Shown here one piece after another: positions 36,966 through 45,543 of a stretch of 57,921 nucleotides of DNA (positions within the stretch are counted from its first letter, which is position 1; each line of letters opens with the position of its first letter). Under the pieces are notes generated by a model. The model did no database searches. It was not told where the DNA came from and was given only the letters and a program-made list of their open reading frames with translations. The position numbers and the translations under genes were made by a program. This DNA is from a virus (taxonomy: Duplodnaviria > Caudoviricetes): the IMG/VR virus record IMGVR_UViG_3300049172_000141, positions 1-57,921 of that record. One strand, written 5' to 3'.

Positions 36966-37295
36966 CTACTGGTTCGGGTTGCCCTGGACGCCCGGCTGCG
37001 TCTGCGAGCCCTGGCCGCCCTGCGGGCCCTGGGGACCGCGCGCACCGTCCCCGCCACCACGCCGGCCCCGATGACCGCGGCCGTCCTCGTCGTCCGTGGT
37101 GTCACCGCCGTCGGGGTCCTCCGGTGCGAGCGCGGCGCCCCCCTCGGGGTAGCGGTAGCCCTCGGCCAGGGCCTGCTCCTCGGGCATGAGCTTGTTCCCC
37201 TCCGGCACCGAGTACTGCGACGGGTCCTCCAGCTCCAGCGGGCCATACTTGATCGTCTTGTCGATTCCGTCGGCGTCCACCAGGACGTAGCGCAT
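36966..37295 (-). CDS. Hypothetical protein with Gly/Gln-rich tail
   Basis: GAGGAGG RBS before ATG 37295. Confidence 0.65.
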   Translation of the reverse strand: MRYVLVDADGIDKTIKYGPLELEDPSQYSVPEGNKLMPEEQALAEGYRYPEGGAALAPEDPDGGDTTDDEDGRGHRGRRGGGDGARGPQGPQGGQGSQTQPGVQGNPNQ

Positions 37296-37381
37296 GAGAC
37301 CTCCTCTGAGAAATGGCATGGGGTGATCACAAAAGGATCTGGACTTGAGCGTCGCACGCGGTGATATCCGCGAGTTAATCC

Positions 37382-38668
37382 CTAGAACCACGCGGTCTCG
37401 GACCACGCCTTAACAGGCTTGGTGGCCCAGGCAGTTCCGTCCCACACCTTGAGCGGCTTCTGCACCCAGGCGCTCCCGTTCCAGACCTTCACGACAGTTA
37501 TGGGCACGGTGTTGACGTTGTCGACTTCGGCTGGAGTGGTGACACTTCCCGCGTCTGCATATCCTTCGAAATTTGTGCGAAGCGTCCCAAATTTCAGCCA
37601 CTGCGGAGTTGTCATGCTGCGGCGCACAGTCCATGTCGCCGCGTTCGGGCTGGTTTCCCAATAGAACGTGCCGTCGGCTTCCCGAAATCGGAACCAGCGG
37701 TGAGCCACTGGGTCATAGGCAAGGGTCGTCGGGGAGGCGTCGAAGTACCCGACGGCGTTTTCGAAGGTGAGATTGCCTGTGGTCACGCTGTACTTGGTGC
37801 GGACATAGGTGCCGTTGTCGACGGGGCCGAGAACGATTGCGGAGAAGCTCGTGTTCGTGCCGCCTGTCGGCATGTGTACGATTTCGGCGTAGTGGCTGGA
37901 GCCGGTCATCTCGTAGCCGACGTCCGTGGCCATGAGGCCGGGGTATTCGCTGTTGGCCGCGACGGCGACCCGTCGCCAGTTGGTGTTCCAGAAGGTTCCG
38001 CCCCAGAAGACGAACCGTGGGCCGATGCCGTTGGTGAATTTGTCGACGATCTCGGCTGCTGGCGGGGTGAACAGTCCGTCGGTGTGGGAGAAATCGACCC
38101 ATCCGGGGTTGGTGGTCACTGCCGTACTGCCGTTGGCCAAGTCCGTGGTCCCGGTAGCGCCGTAGTAGAGGGTGCCCGAGTAGGAGGTCGCCACGGTGTT
38201 CTGCGCTTGGTAGCCCACCTCCACGACAAGGCGGTCACCTGCCTGAACGGCAACTGGGGTGAGCGCCTGGCCGGTGACCGCAGAACCCGCCGCTGTGGTG
38301 GGCAAGGGAGTAGAGCCCGTGTAGTCGGCCAACAGGGTGCCGCGCACCGTATCGGTGTCACCGGCGGTTACGAAAATGTGCACGCGAGCGACCATCGTTG
38401 CGGCGGAGGCGGATTGAAGGCGCCCCATCACCCAGGACACGGTGCCCGACAGCGTCCTCGAATGACGTGCCGGGCCACTGATCCACCGGCCTTGGAGGAC
38501 GTTGGTCGTCGTGGTCGCCGTCTCCGAGGCCACCACCGTCGTCGATGCACCGGCAGGCTGCCGGCCCAGCAGCCCGGTAGTCGTCGAAGTGGCGTCGGTC
38601 CACGTGCCTCGCGGAGGCACTGGAACGAAGGGGGCCGCAGAGGATGTCAGCCAGAAGCGGGTGGCCAT
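37382..38668 (-). CDS. Virion fibre/minor structural protein
   Basis: Thr-rich beta protein; C-terminal KVWNGSAW / KVWDGTAW repeats. Confidence 0.65.
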   Translation of the reverse strand: MATRFWLTSSAAPFVPVPPRGTWTDATSTTTGLLGRQPAGASTTVVASETATTTTNVLQGRWISGPARHSRTLSGTVSWVMGRLQSASAATMVARVHIFVTAGDTDTVRGTLLADYTGSTPLPTTAAGSAVTGQALTPVAVQAGDRLVVEVGYQAQNTVATSYSGTLYYGATGTTDLANGSTAVTTNPGWVDFSHTDGLFTPPAAEIVDKFTNGIGPRFVFWGGTFWNTNWRRVAVAANSEYPGLMATDVGYEMTGSSHYAEIVHMPTGGTNTSFSAIVLGPVDNGTYVRTKYSVTTGNLTFENAVGYFDASPTTLAYDPVAHRWFRFREADGTFYWETSPNAATWTVRRSMTTPQWLKFGTLRTNFEGYADAGSVTTPAEVDNVNTVPITVVKVWNGSAWVQKPLKVWDGTAWATKPVKAWSETAWF

Positions 38669-38674
38669 TGCGCC

Positions 38675-38884
38675 TCAGTTCGTGTCGATCCACACGTCCC
38701 CGACGGCGGGACTGGTGGGGGCGGTGATGCCGACGGTGATCTTCGGGACGTTGATCTGTGCCGCGGGCACCTTGGCGTCGGCACCAAGGCCGGCCACGCC
38801 ATTGGCGGCGCCGATCTTGTCGGACGAGACGACATTGCCGCCCGTCGCGGGCACTGTCTGGGGTGCGAGCTGACGAGCGACCAT
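38675..38884 (-). CDS. Small virion protein
   Basis: GAANGVAGLGADAKVP and TAPTSPAVGDVWIDT fibre motifs. Confidence 0.6.
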   Translation of the reverse strand: MVARQLAPQTVPATGGNVVSSDKIGAANGVAGLGADAKVPAAQINVPKITVGITAPTSPAVGDVWIDTN

Positions 38885-39996
38885 CAGCCCACCACCGTGA
38901 TCCGGAAAGTGTCCGCGGGGTAGGAGGAAGCCGTGGTGACTGACACCGTGTTGGCATCGACCACGAGGAACCTCGCACCGACCAGCTCACCCGTGCTGAT
39001 CTCCTTCAACGACGGCTCCAGGATGTCGAGCGTGTTCAGGTTGTGCGTGATGTTCAGCGGGGTGCCGCCGGTGAGAGCGCCGACGTTCGCGCTGAACCTA
39101 CCGGCCGTGCCCAGCGCGACGCGGGCGCCGGCCGCGGTGGTCGCGCCCGTACCGCCCTTGGCGATGGTCACCAGGCCGACGGTCAGCCCCGCGGCCGACT
39201 TCGTGAGCGTGGCGTCGGCCAGCTCCAGCGAGAAGGTCGTGCCAGACAGCTCCAGGCCCTGGCCGTCAGCGGTGTATGTCTGGCCGCCGGCGGTGTACTG
39301 CGTCCATGTCTGAGTCCAGGCCCCGGGCGCTCCGGAGGGCGTAGCTGTCTGGATGTACTGGGTGCCAGCCCTGGTGCCCTCGGACACTGCCACGAGCGTG
39401 CCGTCGAGGATCTCCCCGGCGGTGTCAGCGTCCGAGCGACGGGTGGCAGCCTGCCCTGACCCGGGGTAGGAGTAGAGGCCGTTCTGTGTACCCGTGGTCT
39501 GCGCCGCCGCCAGAAACGATTCGCCGGCCGCCATAGTGACGCCGTCGATCGCGGACGGAAGGTTCGACAGGTCGACGTTGCCGGTGGAGACCACACGCAC
39601 CGGGTCCTTCACACCGGCGATGCCTGCGCGAGCGTTGTCAACGTACTGCTTGGTCGCAAGGTCGGTCGCGGCTGTCGGGTCCGCACCGTTGGTGGCCCGC
39701 TGACCGCCCAGAGACACAGCGCCATTGGGCGCCGCGAATTCGTTGAGCCGGTACGCCTGTACCACCGCAGCGAGGTCGTTGATCGTGCTCGCGGGCTGCG
39801 TGCCGGTGTGATCGGCACGGCTCAACGGGTCCTTCCACACCGCGGCGTTCCAGAACTTCACCGTGTGGTTGACGGTGTCGGTCCACAGCTGCCCCTCAAC
39901 CGGAGCTGTCGGCGCGGAACTTGCAGACTCGGGCACCAGGCCCTGGACGGGGATCTTGTTGAGCTTTACCGGAAACCGGAAATCGGTAGTGGCCAT
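38884..39996 (-). CDS. Head/neck fibre or decoration protein
   Basis: DLATKQYVD, KDPVRV, QNGLY, HNLNT motifs. Confidence 0.7.
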   Translation of the reverse strand: MATTDFRFPVKLNKIPVQGLVPESASSAPTAPVEGQLWTDTVNHTVKFWNAAVWKDPLSRADHTGTQPASTINDLAAVVQAYRLNEFAAPNGAVSLGGQRATNGADPTAATDLATKQYVDNARAGIAGVKDPVRVVSTGNVDLSNLPSAIDGVTMAAGESFLAAAQTTGTQNGLYSYPGSGQAATRRSDADTAGEILDGTLVAVSEGTRAGTQYIQTATPSGAPGAWTQTWTQYTAGGQTYTADGQGLELSGTTFSLELADATLTKSAAGLTVGLVTIAKGGTGATTAAGARVALGTAGRFSANVGALTGGTPLNITHNLNTLDILEPSLKEISTGELVGARFLVVDANTVSVTTASSYPADTFRITVVG

Positions 39997-40005
39997 CGGG
40001 CGCTC

Positions 40006-40671
40006 CTAATGCAGTACAGCCGAGCCGGTCTCCGCGAACGCGAACTTGACCAGCACGGTGGTGGGGGTGGGGTATTCGACGGAGCCGCCGATTTCTCGAC
40101 CCGAGACGTCGTAAACGCTCACGGCCGGCCGGTACGGCATGGTGTGCGGGATCGTCCACTCCGCGCTGGCCGCGGTCTGGGTGTACTCCTGCGGACGCGG
40201 GGCGACCCGGGCTTCAAGCGCGTCGAGCTGCTCGTTGGTCACCTCTCCCGGCTCGCCCTTGTCGCCCTTGGCGCCCTGGGGGCCGGCGACCGGCAGGTAG
40301 TTGCCGGCGTAGGGCGAGACCGGGGCGATGTCTGCGAGGTCGACCGGCCCCGTCCCGGCCGGAAGCATGATGTGGTACACGCGCGGCGGAATGTGGTATT
40401 CGCGCGGCGGAATCGGCTTCAGCCGCTCGGTGACCTGGTAGGACCATTTCTGCGGTGACATGCCGGGCACGTCAGTGGGGATCAGGTCGACCTCGAAGGC
40501 GCCGGTGGCGTCAAGCCTGACCTGCGCGGCTGTGGTGGCTATGACGTCGGAGGCTGGCAGGGTCAGGACCGAGGGCGGGGCGAAGCTCACCGTCCCCCCC
40601 AGCGGCTTCCCGTCCGGTGCGACGTAGCGGCCCCTGAGCCGGACGAAGGGGATGTCAGGAGTAAGGGTCAT
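40006..40671 (-). CDS. Virion protein with short collagen-like stretch
   Basis: GPQGAKGDKGEPGE; WTIPHTM. Confidence 0.65.
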   Translation of the reverse strand: MTLTPDIPFVRLRGRYVAPDGKPLGGTVSFAPPSVLTLPASDVIATTAAQVRLDATGAFEVDLIPTDVPGMSPQKWSYQVTERLKPIPPREYHIPPRVYHIMLPAGTGPVDLADIAPVSPYAGNYLPVAGPQGAKGDKGEPGEVTNEQLDALEARVAPRPQEYTQTAASAEWTIPHTMPYRPAVSVYDVSGREIGGSVEYPTPTTVLVKFAFAETGSAVLH

Positions 40672-41260
40672 CGCGCTCGCCTTCCTCCGGAGGGATCACC
40701 GTCCGTGCCATCAGCTCCGGCGTCACGGCGGGAAGCTCGGTCGGGTCGGTGAGGTACTGCTGGAATTGCGGGTCGTTGACCAGTTCGTCGTTCTGGAGCT
40801 GCTCGGCCTCGATGACGACCACGACGTCCCGCCGGCGGATCTGCCCCAGCACGTTGAGGCGCTGCACGGCGTACAAGGCGCCGTCGTAGGCAACGCGGTC
40901 GCGCTGGAAACTGCCGTGCTTGATGTCCATCTCGGACATCCCGAATTTCACGAGCTGGTCGTATTCCAGGACCACGCGCAGGGTGTCCGTGACGTAGAGG
41001 CCGCTGTCCCGCGGGTCTGTGTTGCCGGACTCGACGTGCGTGACGTGCAGGGCCGGGAGCTGCCAGCGGCCGTAGAAGACGCGGCCGGCGCCGGTGGCCT
41101 CGTCGTAGACCTCGTGAATGTCGCTCTCGGCGTACTGGAACCGGAAGTAGGTGACAGAGTCGCCGGTCCTGTTCTGCCAGCCGCGCAGTGCGCGGTGAAT
41201 CAGCGTCGTTTCGGTGTTGATGCCGAAGCGGCCACGCTTCCATTCCGAGCGTCCTTGCAT
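40655..41260 (-). CDS. Head closure/neck protein (putative)
   Basis: Position after head-tail adaptor; YDEATG. Confidence 0.55.
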   Translation of the reverse strand: MQGRSEWKRGRFGINTETTLIHRALRGWQNRTGDSVTYFRFQYAESDIHEVYDEATGAGRVFYGRWQLPALHVTHVESGNTDPRDSGLYVTDTLRVVLEYDQLVKFGMSEMDIKHGSFQRDRVAYDGALYAVQRLNVLGQIRRRDVVVVIEAEQLQNDELVNDPQFQQYLTDPTELPAVTPELMARTVIPPEEGERDDPYS

Positions 41261-41266
41261 GCCCGC

Positions 41267-42097
41267 TCACCCCCACGTGCCCGGGTAGAGCGGCGACGGG
41301 ATGCCGGACTCGTCGTCGTACTCGTCGCCGTCGATCGGCGGCAGCAGCCGCTGCGGCTTGGACGTGTCGTCGTACTCACGGGCCTGGAAGACGGGCACGA
41401 GCCGGTTGGTCGTCCGAGAGATCCGCCGGAGCTGGAACATCTCGATACGGGCCAGGCCGACGTTGAGCTGCTGCGCGAGGGTGTTGTAGCGGGCCTGGAT
41501 CTCGCCCAGGTGCTCCATGAGCTGCCGGTAGCGCTGCGAGCGTGGGACGAAGGTGCCCTCGGAGGTGTTGACGTCGATATCTGTGGAGGCGTCGGTCGCG
41601 AGCGTCCACAGGACGTTGATCACCGCGAGGTAAGCCACCAGCGGCTCTTCAACCGGCGGCAGGTTCTCCAGGCCGATCGGTTCGAGGTCGTAGCGGATGT
41701 GCCCGTGCCCGTCGCGGTAGCGGGTGCGCAGGGTGCGGCCGTAGGTGTGCTGATTCATCGCGTCGGTGACGTACGTCGTCAGCTCCGCGTCGGTGAACAT
41801 CCCCTCGCTGGTGCCGCGGACGATGAGTGTCTGGCCGTGCTTGAGGGGCGAGTAGGCCGGGTTGATCAGCAGGATGCTGCCCTCGGCCGGGTTGAGGACG
41901 TAGTCCGTGTCCTCCACCAGATCGACGGTGCCCGCGGGGGCGGTCGTGGTGACCTTCGCCTGGACCGAGGTGACGTTGACCTCGGACAGGTCGTAGCTGC
42001 TCAGCTCATCGCCACCGATGAAGGTGTCCACGAACGGCGCAGGGAGATCCCCGACTTCGGAGCGGACGCGCTGAATGATCCCCGCGAGCGTCGCCAT
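41267..42097 (-). CDS. Head-tail adaptor protein (putative)
   Basis: RVRSEVGD...FTDAEL N-terminal motif. Confidence 0.6.
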   Translation of the reverse strand: MATLAGIIQRVRSEVGDLPAPFVDTFIGGDELSSYDLSEVNVTSVQAKVTTTAPAGTVDLVEDTDYVLNPAEGSILLINPAYSPLKHGQTLIVRGTSEGMFTDAELTTYVTDAMNQHTYGRTLRTRYRDGHGHIRYDLEPIGLENLPPVEEPLVAYLAVINVLWTLATDASTDIDVNTSEGTFVPRSQRYRQLMEHLGEIQARYNTLAQQLNVGLARIEMFQLRRISRTTNRLVPVFQAREYDDTSKPQRLLPPIDGDEYDDESGIPSPLYPGTWG

Positions 42098-42098
42098 C

Positions 42099-42590
42099 TC
42101 AGGTCACCGCCAACGTCATCGTCAGCGCGCCGCCCGCGAGCTGGAGCGCCTGGTTCTGCGCGGTGGTGATGGCACTGGCCAGGTTCCAGCTCATGAGGCA
42201 CAGGCCGGTGGGCTGACCGGCCGAAGAGGTCATGCGGGTCACCAAGGCCGCGCCGGTGACCGGGGCCGCGAGACCCGTCGGGTCACTGAAGGGGCCGAAC
42301 TGCACGAGATCGGTGTTCGTCGCAGCCCTGGTGCTGGTAGACGCCGCGCCCCAGGGGATGGGCTGGCGGGCGTAGCCGGTGCCGGCGGCCTCAATGCCCA
42401 CCAGCGTGGTCATGTCCGTCTGGGCGTCGGTCACGACCTGGGTGAGCAGCATGAGGTAGGTCGTGCGCGGCTGCGGGTCGCCGGCCGATGTCTTGGCCTG
42501 CCATTCGGCGTCCAGCACGGTGGAGCGGCCGTTGAGGTAGTCCAGCGCACTGACCGCTCCCTGGACCGCGATGAACCCGTTGGCAGCCAT
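42099..42590 (-). CDS. Virion structural protein
   Basis: GTGYARQ...TNT...F motif common in phage structural proteins. Confidence 0.6.
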   Translation of the reverse strand: MAANGFIAVQGAVSALDYLNGRSTVLDAEWQAKTSAGDPQPRTTYLMLLTQVVTDAQTDMTTLVGIEAAGTGYARQPIPWGAASTSTRAATNTDLVQFGPFSDPTGLAAPVTGAALVTRMTSSAGQPTGLCLMSWNLASAITTAQNQALQLAGGALTMTLAVT

Positions 42591-42961
42591 CAGTCACCTG
42601 CCGTCTGGGCCTGCCAGTCCGCGTACTCCGGCGGCTCCTCGCCGGGGCCGACCAGCTCGGCGAACTGGGACTCGGGGAAGGAGATGTGGTGCTGTGAGAA
42701 CCGGCCGGGCGCCGTCTGTTCCAGCCACATCGCGACGACGGTGTCCTCCGCGCTGTAGCCGACGCCGGCAGTGGCCGGCTCGACGACGGCCAGGACCAGC
42801 AACATGCGGTCGCTCTCCTGGAATTCGTCACTGCCCGGCGTCCGATAGCGGTGGGTACGGGTGAGCATGCCGACGCCTTCGCCGAAGTCGGAGAGGAGCC
42901 GATACCACTTCCCCCTGGTCGGGGTGTCCCCGGTTTCAGCGAGGCTCTTGAATTCCGCCAC
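42590..42961 (-). CDS. Hypothetical phage protein
   Basis: Packed ORF in head operon. Confidence 0.6.
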   Translation of the reverse strand: MAEFKSLAETGDTPTRGKWYRLLSDFGEGVGMLTRTHRYRTPGSDEFQESDRMLLVLAVVEPATAGVGYSAEDTVVAMWLEQTAPGRFSQHHISFPESQFAELVGPGEEPPEYADWQAQTAGD

Positions 42962-42976
42962 GAGGGCGCCCCTTTC

Positions 42977-43369
42977 TCAGAGCCACTGCCAGACGTAGCC
43001 GAGCCGGTCGAGGTGGAGCGCCACATTGAGGGGCACTTCGTAGACCTGGCCTTCCTTGAAGTCGAAATCCGTGCCCTGACCGATCGTCACCTTTTCCAGG
43101 TCGCAGGCGATGCGAATGTGGACCTTCTCCGGGGGCAGCTCGACGGGCCCTTCCGGCTTGTCCTTGTCCTCCTCGGACACGGCCTGAAGGGTGCGGCCCT
43201 TCTCGTCCAGCGAGATCGGCTGGTCGAGATTGGCAGCGGCCTCCGCGTGCTGCATGGCGATTTCGCCCTTGCGCTTGGCGAGTTCCTCGGCGTGCTGCTC
43301 GGCAAGGATTCGCTTTTTGTTGCCGGTGTGGTCCCGGGGGTTCGGCTTGGTGCGAGGATTCGCGGGCAC
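42977..43369 (-). CDS. Hypothetical phage protein
   Basis: GGAG RBS; FKEGQVYEVP...HL..LGY. Confidence 0.65.
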   Translation of the reverse strand: MPANPRTKPNPRDHTGNKKRILAEQHAEELAKRKGEIAMQHAEAAANLDQPISLDEKGRTLQAVSEEDKDKPEGPVELPPEKVHIRIACDLEKVTIGQGTDFDFKEGQVYEVPLNVALHLDRLGYVWQWL

Positions 43370-43399
43370 GGGTGTTCTCCTATCGAATCGGGTGAGGAG

Positions 43400-43438
43400 T
43401 CCGGGGCGGGGACATTGACAGAATTCCGCCGCCCCGGA
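43400..43438 (-). terminator. Terminator after major capsid gene
   Basis: tccggggcgg / ccgccccgga inverted repeat. Confidence 0.6.
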
Positions 43439-43450
43439 GAAGGGGGCCGG

Positions 43451-44593
43451 TCAGTTCGTCACGCACTGCACCACGGCGTAATCCGTGATGAGTCCGAGCC
43501 CGAAGATCGAATACCAGGCCAGTGCGTGCTCTCGGCCGAAATCGAGCACGCCCCCGTCGCGAAGTTCGACGGGCAGAGAGATGGCGTGACCCGCGGCGTT
43601 GTCCCCGATTACCAAAGCGCGATAAAGCGGGTTCGCCGGCGCGTTCGGGTTGGACGGGGTGGACGTCACGGCGGGAATTGCCGGGGTCGATCCGGAGGCA
43701 GTGCGGGAGGGCTGACCGCCCCACTTCTGGGCAGTGTTCGTCGGGATGTTCGTCCCAAGCTGCTGAGTCGCCGGCGGGGTCGTGTTGCCCTGGAAGACCT
43801 GCGTAGTCTCGATGAAGACCACGTCATTCAGCCTGCCAATTTCACCGAGCATGAAGTTACCCGGTGCGGCATATTTTGTGACCTCAATGAATTCGGGGTC
43901 ATCGCGAAGTCGACGGCTCTGATGCGGGTGCACGAAGGCCACGTACGTTTCGCCGAGACGCGGGACGTTCTTGGTCGCGAGGGTCTCCACGGCGTCCTTG
44001 ACCAGGGCAGACGTGAAGAAGAAGCCGCCGTTGGTCGCCATCGTGGCTTCCGAGTCGGCGAACATTCCCCGGTCGTACGGGGAAAGCGGAGTACGCGTGG
44101 CGCCCGCCGACCAGGACGCGAGCTTGTCGTATCCGTAAAGGACCGACGGGGCACCCATGAAGGTGTCGCGAGCCAGTGCGTCGATGTAGGTCGCCATGTT
44201 TCGTCCGAGAAGACGAGCACCGCTCGCCATCACGTCGTCGAAGCTCGCGTTGAGCAAAAGCTCGGTCACGGCAATTGCGAAACCGTGTTCTGCGACCGTG
44301 ATGGTGATCTGCTCGGCGGAAAGCGCGTGCGTCTCCATGCGCACGCCTTCCACGAGCTGCTGCGCACCGTCCAGAGAGCGGTAACGCATAAAGTTGACCG
44401 TGAGGCCGGGGGCGGTTCCGAGTTCCGTCTTCTTCACGAGAAATTGTTCGAAGCGGAGCACCGGCATCGCCTGAAAGAGCACCTCCTTCGACCAGATAGT
44501 CTGGATCGCTGGAGTGAGCATTGTGGAGTTCGCCGCCTGGTACGCGGTAGGCGTCGGCGACAGGACCGGAGTCCCGGTGATTCCGCTGGCCAC
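43451..44593 (-). CDS. Major capsid protein (N4-gp56 family)
   Basis: WSKEVLFQAMPVLRFEQF, LVEGV, YVAFVHPHQ, GEIGRL, DFGREH. Confidence 0.9.
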   Translation of the reverse strand: MASGITGTPVLSPTPTAYQAANSTMLTPAIQTIWSKEVLFQAMPVLRFEQFLVKKTELGTAPGLTVNFMRYRSLDGAQQLVEGVRMETHALSAEQITITVAEHGFAIAVTELLLNASFDDVMASGARLLGRNMATYIDALARDTFMGAPSVLYGYDKLASWSAGATRTPLSPYDRGMFADSEATMATNGGFFFTSALVKDAVETLATKNVPRLGETYVAFVHPHQSRRLRDDPEFIEVTKYAAPGNFMLGEIGRLNDVVFIETTQVFQGNTTPPATQQLGTNIPTNTAQKWGGQPSRTASGSTPAIPAVTSTPSNPNAPANPLYRALVIGDNAAGHAISLPVELRDGGVLDFGREHALAWYSIFGLGLITDYAVVQCVTN

Positions 44594-44598
44594 GGGTA

Positions 44599-44643
44599 CC
44601 TCTCATTCCGTGTTCGGCCGCCGGGATGAGTAGGAATGAGAGG
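44599..44643 (-). promoter_or_regulatory. RBS-sequestering hairpin upstream of capsid gene
   Basis: Perfect 11-bp CCTCTCATTCC / GGAATGAGAGG; SD lies 5 nt from GTG. Confidence 0.65.
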
Positions 44644-44663
44644 CGGTCTATCGAGGGAGCGGG

Positions 44664-45485
44664 TCAGTCGAAAAGCCCGCGATTGCTGGAGCTGGTGGCT
44701 GCCGTACCGAGGAGCTGCGAGCGATACTTCGCGAACTCGGACATCGGCATGTTCTTGATGTCCTCGACCGAAAGCTGACGAGCGCCGGCGTCCCCATCCG
44801 TGGGGCCATTTCCGGTGTAGCCAGTCGTCGACACGCCCCGCATCTGAGAGCGCGCCTGCTGCTGGGCCGCCGTCACCGACTGGAAAATCGCGTCGGTCTT
44901 GGTCTTGAGCAGCTCGATCGAAGCGTCGACCTCTTCCCGAGAATTCCCGGAGACCAGGTCGACTAGTTCGGGAGCGATGGCATTCCGCTCCGCGTTGACT
45001 CGTTCCTGAATGTAGGCGCGGAGCGCGTTGAATTCGGCTTCCTTGGCAAGGGCCGCACGCTCCTGCTCGCGTTCCGCCTGAAGCTCCTGGAACTTGCGCT
45101 CCCACTCGGTGGAACGTTCCTCCACCAGCTTCTTAGCGGACATCTCCGCCTCGGCCCGCTCCTTGGCCGCCTGCTCCTCCGCGGCCTGGCGATCGGCCTC
45201 CGCCTTCTCGCGGGCTTCACGCTCCTCACGCAGCGCCTTGAGTTCGGCCTCCAGGGACTGGAGCCGCTCATCGCCCTTCTGCATACGGCCGTAGAGCTTG
45301 TCCTTCTCCTCCTGCCGCGCCTTTTCGAGGTCGGAAGCAGTGAAGGTACGGCCGCCCTGGGCCGGCTGCTGGGCCGGAGGGTTGGCCTCGGTGCGGACCG
45401 TCACGGTGCCGTCCGGGTTCGTCGGTGCGCCACTGCCCGGGTTGGGCGTGGGGGTCGGCGGAGACGGGTTCGGGTTATCGGGCAC
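44664..45485 (-). CDS. Capsid scaffolding protein
   Basis: Coiled-coil, EKARQEEKDKLY, C-terminal MPMSEFAKYR; between portal and capsid. Confidence 0.8.
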   Translation of the reverse strand: MPDNPNPSPPTPTPNPGSGAPTNPDGTVTVRTEANPPAQQPAQGGRTFTASDLEKARQEEKDKLYGRMQKGDERLQSLEAELKALREEREAREKAEADRQAAEEQAAKERAEAEMSAKKLVEERSTEWERKFQELQAEREQERAALAKEAEFNALRAYIQERVNAERNAIAPELVDLVSGNSREEVDASIELLKTKTDAIFQSVTAAQQQARSQMRGVSTTGYTGNGPTDGDAGARQLSVEDIKNMPMSEFAKYRSQLLGTAATSSSNRGLFD

Positions 45486-45508
45486 TTTCTACACTCCAGG
45501 CTGGGGTA

Positions 45509-45538
45509 GCCGCCGGAATGAGTAGGAATGAGAGGCGG
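45509..45538 (-). promoter_or_regulatory. Third copy of late-gene leader motif
   Basis: CCGCCTCTCATTCCTACTCATTCCGGCGGC, one mismatch to the capsid copy. Confidence 0.6.
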
Positions 45539-45543
45539 ACGGT

